DNA of 64,000 bases from Phoronis australis (lineage: Eukaryota > Animalia > Phoronida). The stretch's first letter is position 1. Every line of letters starts with the position of its first letter. The notes under the pieces were generated by a model. That model searched no databases and had not been told where the DNA came from. It saw only the letters and a program-made list of their open reading frames with translations. The stretch spans positions 62,001 to 126,000 of the forward strand of contig NMRA01000685.1 of NCBI GenBank assembly GCA_002633005.1. The letters run 5' to 3'. Shown in pieces: positions 54,814 to 64,000 of this stretch. The position numbers and the translations under genes were made by a program.

Positions 54814-57800
54814 ATGATGTGTTCGTCAAGTGAAATAGAACAACTTCTTGGGAAACTTCTCCTTCCAGATAACAACGAAATCAGACTGGTGAAGTGTACT
54901 TTCATTTCAGTGTTCTCTGGTGACTGATTTGTCTGATCAATCAAATGTAACTGCTCAACCAGAATATATTCAATATGCAGTCCGCCTGTACGCTGATGGT
55001 CGTTGAGTATTGCTATAGCAGCTATAGCATTGGCTAAGCAAGTACTGGGCCAAGTAGGCTGATGGAGAGTACCACTGTCTGAACTAGCCCCAGTAGAGAT
55101 AGTGTCTATCCTATAGGGCCACCATACGCTGGAGGCTTTTTGGCGAGTTATGCCTCGCACTGATTAAACCATCAAACTTCAAAGTCATGTCTCAATTTAA
55201 GTACCTTTTGCCCATACTATCATAGAGTAGAGCCGTTGATCGCTGATGTCTTGAACTCGTCCCAGCTTGAACAAATACTCCCACAATAAACTGTTTCTTT
55301 GAGCAGTCCTTTCAGTTGTCCAAATCTACAACTGGCCTTTTATACACTGCTTGTGCTAGGAGGCATGCCACCATCCGCTATGTTGCAACTGTGATATCTT
55401 ATTTTCTAAAATCATTGCCAGGGTCTGTTGATTTTTTCAATAAAAGTCACACTAAAAACATAAATTTGTGTGTTAGAAAGAAAAAAAGGATATGCAAAGA
55501 AAGTAATGAGCTTACGTCATGATCTGCAACAGATGGAGGAACAAAATTTTAATTTTAGCGAAACTATAGTATATTTATTGATTTTGCATTTTGTTTTATC
55601 TTTGGTGGAGGTTTTTAAAATTACTTCTTGTTCTTAAAACATCTGCAAATATGAATTAAGTAAATCAAAATAAAATGTGTTGCATCCACAATGTGTTATT
55701 GCAGGTATAACAGAATGGCTGCCATTTGGCAAGGTTGAAAGCATTGCAATACATTTTTTTCACAACAAATAGTTCAAGTTAATACTTCAAATATACTTTA
55801 CTTTTGAACTTTGATATTCACTTTTTATGTCTTTTCATGTTTAAACTTTTTCAGTTATTTAATAGCGGGCATAATAACCAGTTTTGAATTTCTCTGAATG
55901 GGAAGTACTAACAGTTATTGTGCATGAATGATGCGCAACTTCAGTGGAGTACTATTAATACAATTTCTGTAGTTTGAGTTAACACGAAAACAATTTGAAG
56001 GCTTGTAATATGGGAAGTTTTATCCTGCTCGGCAGCAAAATGAACATAAATCTGCTGTCACTTACAGAATCTATAGTACACGCCAAAAGAATTAGCAGAG
56101 AAAATAGTGTTTCTGCGTTATGACTTGTAATTCCACTTGCAGATTTTTCCCGCTTAATTCCGGCTGAAAATGCCGCCTCATAATGCATCATAACGGCTGT
56201 AATTTCTTAACGCAATCTCCTGATGCTACCACTATGATCTCTACTGGTGTAGTAGATACAATGTTTGGGTATTTAAATGACCAACTGCATGGAGTTGCAT
56301 ATCACCACCAGGTGGGGTGTTGACTACAAGTGGATTTAATGTACTAGAATTTTGAAAGCTGCAGAAAAATCCAATTTTTGTTAGATTTTTAAGTACAGAT
56401 TACAAAAAGACATAACTGTTAGATATGCTTTAATTGACACACTTTATTCTTTTTAATTGATAAACTGTATTCTTTAACATTTACTTTTTATTTCCAGGCC
56501 ACAGAGCAGCTGTGTAAAGTGTTTAAGCATCCACAGTTTCTTCCGGAGCTCGGCAACGTACTCGTCACCTCTCAACATACCACGGTGAAAGTTAAATCAT
56601 TATAACTGCCACTACTGCACTTTGCTTTTATTTATTCGCGTGTTTTGCCAAGTCTGATATTCAGTGGAAACAATTAAGTTAAATTAGTCCATTGGTGGAG
56701 TCACCAGCATATTTTCGTGGTGAGAGCTGTAAAATCTGGATATGGTTATCAGAAGTTTATTCTGTACAAATCTGTTGTCAGAAAAAAAAGAATAATATAA
56801 GTAAATTAGAGTTCAGAATCCATAAGTAGCTTTTATTTGGTTGTATTTTATTTTCGTTGAAAGCTTTTTCCTATTTTGTTTTGCCAGATGGTTGTTGGTA
56901 GAATACTAAGATATAACATGTATTTTATTTTCAGATACGGCAATATGCAGCGTTGCTATTAAGACGAAAATTGTCAAAATCCAAATCATGGAAAAGTCTT
57001 CCCCAAGATGTAGGCATCAGGTAAGGTTTTCTGCAAGATGCCTCAGGTGAATATGGTTTTAGTTTAGCACTGTATGAACTGAGACATTTTGATAGGTAAG
57101 CCTGTTATATGACTGATTTTTGATGCACTGGCTTTCGATATTATCTAATTAATTGACATTTTAACTTTCAAATATGACACGATCTTGATTTTAGCCTTTT
57201 GTAAAAGATGGTTTCACTTTTTCAAAGTGACCTTTTTGTGAATAGGAGTTCACCTCGTATTCACTATGGATTGTGGGAAATTCTTCTCTGGCAGCAGGTC
57301 AGCAGGTACGCTACATTTGCAACTGATAGGTGATCAGAGGAAGTGATAATCCTGAAGAAGTGATATCGCTTAAATGTCTACTCTGGGATGTGCATGGATC
57401 GAGTATTCATCTGTTCATAAAAGGTCTGTGATTTCCTGTGGTGAAATCATCACCGTTCCGTAAAATATAAATGTTTGTTTTTGGAATAACTTCAACATCT
57501 TGTAAAAATTGCATTTAATATGTTTTGTGATCTCTTTTCAGCATCAAAGCCACTCTCTTGCAAGTCATTATACAAGAGCAAGAGTAAGTCACCTGCATAA
57601 GTTGGGCTGTTTATGCTAAACATCTCATTTCATTGTGTGTCTAACGTCAATTTGCCTTTATGTTTTGGTTATCCAAACAAATTCACAAGGAATATTAGCT
57701 TTCCAAAGAAACGTTGCTGTCCATTTTTCAAACAAATAAGGTAAGGTACAGTACATGACCTCAGAGCAGATATGGAATTCCCCATCATAATGGCCGAGTG

Positions 57801-60800
57801 GAAACAAAATTCCCTGTTATAGCATCTAGCAGTAGCGGAATCAGCATTATTGCAGTTGAATGGAAACAGAATTCACTGTCGGAAGTAGCTGGAAAGACGA
57901 GGGGTGGTCTTTCGTACACTTTTATGATGTACACTGTAATTTTGTTCCCCGAACTGACTTTTAGCATGGCACAGTAATGCAATGCAGTAAGCTGACTGTT
58001 CTCAGACAAGACGCACTTTTTTAATCGAAGTGAAAATTCTGGACATTTGATGTCCAATCTTGGCATCTAATATCAAACTTAAAAGAATAGACTAAGGCAA
58101 TTTTTGTACAGATCTTATCACCAGAGACATTAAGAATGTCTGTGGGCACCAGCATCACTGCGTCATTTGGTTTCTGATTTTGTCTTCTCGTTAACAGGGT
58201 CATAGTAAAACGTGCCATCGCTCAGGTGATAGGTGTGTTGGCCAAACACGATCTTGCTGACAACAAATGGCCAGAGCTGTTTGAGTTCATCACCAAGGCG
58301 ACAAGGAGCGCATCTGTCAGTGACAGAGAGGTATGTGCGATTGATTGTGAACAAGACAAATCTTGCTGTGTTATTGTCTTGTTGATCATCAGATCTCATA
58401 TTCTAGTTACTGCTTTATGAAAATCTTTGATCAGTCTATGTAGCTCATGCTTTTCTCATTTTGCCTGAGACTGCCACCATTTGGTCCAGGCTTCATCTCT
58501 TTTCTTGTTCCCATAGTCGACTGTTGTTCTGCAAAAAAACTTTGCCTAGTAGGAACGTGTCTTGTCAGTGCTCCGTGTGAAAACAAGAGCACTTCAGTAT
58601 ACTGTGCATAAAAAATTAAAGATTAGGATGACATAAAAATGTAAAAAACATCCAAAATTAATATTTTTGTGTATCCACCTACCTTAATAAACCATAAACA
58701 TAGATCCAGATGATCAGTGCAATGGGCCCTCGTGAGCGGCCCATTTTTTCTAGATTGTGAGACGGACTCTGACATTTCAAGAGCTAGTTTGGTATTTTGA
58801 GGCTTTATACAAGAAGCCGTAAACTGTAGTGCCATGTGAAATCGTGCTCGACTGAAAATCTAATTGTTTGCTCTTCACAGTTTGAGGGTGTTGGTGATGT
58901 CACTCCTGTTGACATTGTTCATTCTGATTCTGATCATTCAGTCTCTCTGCTGTTTCAGTTGGGTATGATGGTGCTCAGCACCGTCTCCGCGACAGCGCCA
59001 GCCCAGATGAAGCCCCATGGTGCCTCCTTACTGCAGTTATTCTCTGCTACACTGGAAGATACACAGAGCAGACTAGTACCCTTCTATACAATACAGTAAG
59101 ATGGCCATGTCTGGTCTCTGCAAGCACAGGATTTTCTCATTTCATTCAACCATTGACTTGGAATACTGGTGAATTTTGAATATCTCTGTTCTCATTCGAA
59201 ACCATTGCTCAGGTTTTCTACTGGGCTTGGTGTAGTTAAAGTGGCATTAAACCCATGCTTTCTGTCAAGTAACCAAATATCCATTTAAGCCATTGTAAAA
59301 TTGGTCTTTACTTGCTCCTGTCTTAGTTTAGAAGTGATAGCTGGACTTAGGATCAATTTGAGACTAAGTTCACGGCCTGAATCAAGACTTGGTTATTTGA
59401 CAGAAAACAGGGGCTTAATGGCCCTTTAATTCTTATTTCAATGCTGTTTCAGGTCCATGACCCATTTGGTCTTTGAGGTTGGATGTGAAGAAATGGTATG
59501 TCCTCAATACTCAAATCAGCTGTTGATAGTTAACTTTGTTCCTTTCTTACGTACTGGGTGTTAAAGCTAATCCAGGGGAATGTTTCATGAAAAGTAACTT
59601 AAAGCCTAACTTCAACGGAATTTTGTTATTTTAGATGCATTGGGCTAACCAGATAGTCCTAGCAAAGCCTCAGCAAAGTATGAAAATGTGAGTTAAATCA
59701 CTCAAATGTTGGCCCGTCACTTGATATGTGAAGTTGCCTTTTCGTGCCATATTGCATCACCGCGAGATCCCAGCACAGACAACAGAAAAACGATAACAGT
59801 TGTATTGAATATGGGTCTGAATAGAACAACATTGCGTGCGGTTGTTATTTGCAGCTGTTTGACTTAAAATGTGATTCTTGTGGTGACATAAACAAAAGCT
59901 AGACAACAAGCCTAACAGTTCCTTACATTTGGCAATTTATGGCACTGGTAGGCTTGGAGCAATGCTCTTAACATTTGGTAGGAACCAAATTTACTGGTGT
60001 TACCATTCAAGATAGGTTTTAAGACTTAGGTCAGAAACTTGCTTTTATACTCCACACAGCTATTTCTGAAAAATAAAGTAATTTTACTTGAACAAAAGTG
60101 CACACTGCTAGTCACTGAGATAGTTTTTATCAAGTATTTCTAGACTGATGTGCTCATAACTACTGAACAAAAACTTAATGTAGAAATTGTGAAGTGGAAG
60201 CATAAGATCAAATTTCTGTCTTAAATCTTAATTCGCTTTTCATGAAACAAACCCCAGTGTGCCATTGTTGTGTCAGTGAAAATGGAAGATTTGATTTTCA
60301 TGATCTGCTGTGTGAGTGTTTGGGTGTTTGTTGAGTTTCTTGTTCCCAAAACTATTGATTCAATTATCCTTGACCTTTGTGCTGTAGTAAAGGCTCTAGG
60401 ATTTAACCAAAACGTCCGTTTCAACTTTTGTAATGTTGATGTTAGTTGGGCCTGTCCTTGTGGTATGCGTCACACGACCAGATATTGGTCTGTCTACACT
60501 CTTTTGTAACAGTTATTTGCATCAATTTAGTACCAGAGTACACTTTGTGGAACTGAACTGTGATACTTTTGAACTGAGACTTGATAAGCTGTTGTAAATT
60601 TTCTTTCGTACATTAACTTTGAAACGAACTTAAATCAAACAGTGCCAGGGCACACTGATGTAGTTCCACTAAGATTAGTTTGTTAATTAAGATGTTGCAC
60701 TTGGATTATCTAGTTATGTCATACGTTTTTCAGAAAGCTTTTCAAGTTCTCGTCCCCAAAGCATTGAATGTGATTAGGCAGCTGGTTCTTGTTGATGAGG

Positions 60801-63732
60801 TAATTAGTTTGCTGAATCAAGCAAACCTTGAAAGTGTGTTTTGACTTTTTTATTGAATTGTGCGCCTCTGTTTCACTTGTTACATTGTGTGAGAAGGAAG
60901 TTCAGTGTTTTAGCTGTTCGTATCGATAAAAGATCTCTAGTTTGGGGCATTGTCTAGAATTTGGGACACACAAAATCCCACGAAATTGAATTTTCTTGAT
61001 TCTGAAATTTGCGACAAGGGTGATTTTGGTGCTTATTTCTCAAATTTTGACAACGTGTTTTCAATCTTCGGAGTGGGTAATTTTTTCGTCTTTTCAGTGG
61101 AACGGGTAATATTGCCTATTTTGAGGTTTTGGGACAAGCTTCGACTTTGAGCAAAATAATTTAATTTTCACTATCCTAAATTAGAGAATTTTTGCCGTAA
61201 TACATTCTTATGTAATCCCATGATTATGCGGAGTTGCAATACGCTGGCTGAAATCATCTTCAGCTTATTTTCTAGTTCACTGTTGGGTGTGTAGCTTTAC
61301 ATGCGTTGAAGGTTGGTGTCCTGCGACTTATCACTTAGGGTTTTCCAACTACTGCAATAAGATACAGCAAGGAAATTGGTCTATGAATTGGTTGCAATTC
61401 CCACATCTCCTCTGCTGCAGAAGAAGAAAGATGCATTGTGTGACTAAGTTTAGTTGTTTGAAAGATATTACCGTTAATACACTTTTGAGTTGAGTTGGAC
61501 AAACTAAGAGTGATTGATTGAGCCCCATTCACCTTTTCAACATTGTTTTGATGTTTGCATTGGAAATCACTTGGTAACAGTGTAGCTCATTGGCGTCAAA
61601 TTAATGATCATCGAACCTTATCTTGATGACAGCTTTGTACAACTGTAGGGGTAGTGTCCTTTATACCTGCGGCTTTGTGGGTGAATACTGTGGAGTCATA
61701 GAGGGCGCTGTGATATTCCTGGAAGTGACTATTAGGAAAGAGTTACAAATTATATCACGTTTGTGATGTTTGTGCAAATAATTTAAAGCACTGATGGAAA
61801 TGCCAATATTAACCACGAATATAAATGTTATGAACGTCATTTGCAATGAGATGAAAAGTTCAGTTACCAATAAGCAGTGTTTTCTTTGCCTTCTAAGAAA
61901 GGTCTAAAGGGAGAAAATTTACCGTTCTCAAAAATCACTTAAAGATGTATTGACTGAGGTTTTACGGGTTGTGTTGTAGGAGCAAGCATGCGAGGCACTT
62001 GAACTGTTTGACGAGTTAGTGGAGTGTGAGGTAGCTATTGTTGTGCCTCACATCAAACTGATCGTAGAGTTTTGTCTTGAGGTGAGTGATGCAGATCACC
62101 GATATGGAGACCACTGTATAGGACATTTATGTATGATGGAATTAAGAATATGTCCTTTTGTGTAGACATGTTTTCAGGTGAGAAACTCTCCATGATTCAG
62201 GGCTTTGAATTTTTCTCATTTATGAGGATTCCATCTTTTTTGGTTTTCTATTTTCTCTTATTCGAATTCCAGATTTTCGATTTTTTCATTTATTTTTATC
62301 GTTATTTTGACTTCATTCATGCGAAAACGTTTATTTCAGTTAAATTTTATAACACAAAATATTTCTATTACACAAGCCTAATAATTTGTGGGATGATAAT
62401 CATCGGGAAATTTTCGGCTTTTCTATCATTGGTCAGTCTAAGCCCTGATGATTAGTATTATGGAGAAATAGTGTGTACATAACAAGTGCAACAAAACATA
62501 CATTTCACAAGATCTTCATGTTTTGTTAGGCTTTTGTCACACCAGTTGCTCTAAAGTTTTGTCACAATTGTTTGCTTACGTTGTTTCCATTCAGCAGATA
62601 GTAAACAAACAACATCATGAATCATAGTTTTGATAAAAATCTTGTCTTGTTAAATTATATTCTTTTGCCGGTTGTGTATTGTTATGTTGCAGTAATTGTT
62701 GATGTTGTTTAGAGCACTTACCTCCCAATATGAAGTTAAATAACTATGACTGGTGCACTCAATTCATAAATAGTTCCCCATGGCAGTCTGTCAAGATGTC
62801 ACGTGTCAGTGATTGTGGCTGTGAAAGAATTCCATAATTTCAAAATTTTCGTTTTAGGTAAAGCTGTATGCTGTTCATCATCTGTTAGACCTGGGTGTTT
62901 GGTTTTATTTAAATTTTAATTGACATGGAGATGACCATTCACTAATACATTCTTCTTGTCAGGTTGCCAGTAATCAGAGCTTGAATGGTAACATCAGAGT
63001 GAAGGTCCTCTCTTTTATTTCCTGGCTGACAAGATTGAAGAAAAAGGTAAACATGTGTCAAAGTCAATAGTGTGTCATGTTCGCATGGAAAAGGGTTTGT
63101 GCTGTTATCGTCTTTCCAGTATATAATTTTGAGACAAACATTTCACCTGTCGGTTCTTTGTTGCTGTGATCAGTCATGTATTGCAGTACCTTAGCACTTT
63201 TAGTGATTAAATACCTAAGGTGCAGAAGTGCCCAATACTGTAAAGGTTGACAGTAGACCTGGTCTACATGTTGAGGTACATGGACTATTCATTTTCTGAT
63301 TTTACTACGACAGTTTGTTCCATGTGCACCTTATTAAATCACTCACACACTCGTGAGCTCTTGTAACAAAATAAAATAAACATGTAAAAGACCTGGTGGT
63401 TCTGAAGTTAGGATAACTTCTTTGCCGATTTTCAATGAGAAGAGGTTTTGTAAACCTTTTTTTACTTCTGTTGGCATACCACAGAATTTATATTTAGTTA
63501 GTAATTTCAAGTATCTGCTTTGAGGGGCCTTTTTATCAGTGTTTTGGGACGCTTTAGTTATAACTGCTAAATGTTAGGAATCTCATTGCAGTCAATTCTC
63601 AAGTACAAGCTTGTCAAGCCCATACTGAACGTGCTGTTCCCAATATTGTGCACACCCCCTGAAGATGAGTCTGATACTGAGCTGGACGAAGACATTAATG
63701 AGGGGCAGTCCCCTGGATCAGCCTCGAGTCAG
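54814..63732 (+). CDS. IPO4: Importin-4, 5' part (11 exons; continues past the window end)
   Basis: Exons 54814-54888, 56498-56584, 56935-57020, 57542-57583, 58198-58330, 58959-59095, 59453-59495, 60734-60799, 61980-62081, 62963-63046, 63592-63732. EQLLGKLLLPDN..IRLATEQL, IRQYAALLLRRKL, WPELF, ACEALELFDELVECEV, FCLEVASN, ILNVLFPI are colinear with importin-4 IBN_N/HEAT repeats. Confidence 0.93.
59240..59425. mobile_element. TTAA-flanked foldback MITE (Kolobok-like)
   Basis: ttaa|agtggcattaaaccc..tttctgtcaagtaaccaa / ttggttatttgacagaaaac..ggggcttaatggccct|ttaa. Confidence 0.7.
62198..62447. mobile_element. hAT-type MITE with 6-bp TSD (sister of 5866-6117)
   Basis: ATGATT|CAGGGCTTTG...CTAAGCCCTG|ATGATT, with shared internal sequence. 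Confidence 0.7.
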
Positions 63733-64000
63733 GTAAGGAGTTGAATAAATTATCTGGAACAATATTCGATGTTTTTGAGTAGTCTGGTCATCTTAAATCG
63801 TCATAATAGGAACACAGTCCTGTTCACTTTCAAGTCAATGGCCATCTTTATTCAAAGTAGTCTGGTTTTCTATATGCTTTGATGCATATTATGTTTTCAA
63901 TAAGTTACATTTGGTTGGGGTTGAAACCAATCCCAATACGTTTATTCTAACTGTTATCAACAGTATATTTCAAGCTTTACTAAATTTTCTTTCAGAAAGC

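Noticed and set aside
58893-58933. C/D-box snoRNA in an IPO4 intron
   Set aside because: C box imperfect (GTGATGT), too short, no terminal stem, overlaps the acceptor region.

Overview
Eukaryotic, intron-rich invertebrate genomic DNA from a draft assembly (N gaps at 9515-9672 and 26023-26134, single-N joins at 24452, 33150 and 46350). The repeat repertoire suggests a lophotrochozoan/mollusc, but that is inference. Gene order: TE-rich region with a possible minus-strand exon (1-16 kb); ATP2C1/SPCA1 (+, 22 coding exons, ~16.5-34.4 kb); a head-to-head pair of unrecognised, largely disordered proteins (minus 36164-38592 with an RVxF-type PP1 motif; plus ~39315-42406 with a PAM2 motif); a small CCCH zinc-finger gene (+, 45023-46752); peroxisomal CoA diphosphatase NUDT7 (-, ends SKL); and the 5' part of importin-4 (+, from 54814), divergent from NUDT7. 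Mobile DNA includes a THAP-encoding Kolobok-like element, TTAA-flanked foldback MITEs, Academ-like remnants, a putative solo LTR with heat-shock elements, a DINE-1/Helentron-type element, tRNA-derived SINEs, and Tc1/mariner and hAT MITEs. The most unusual signals are the orphan gene pair, one MITE family seeding minisatellites at the same internal site, and repeats that build ATP2C1 splice acceptors. All exon coordinates were derived by hand.
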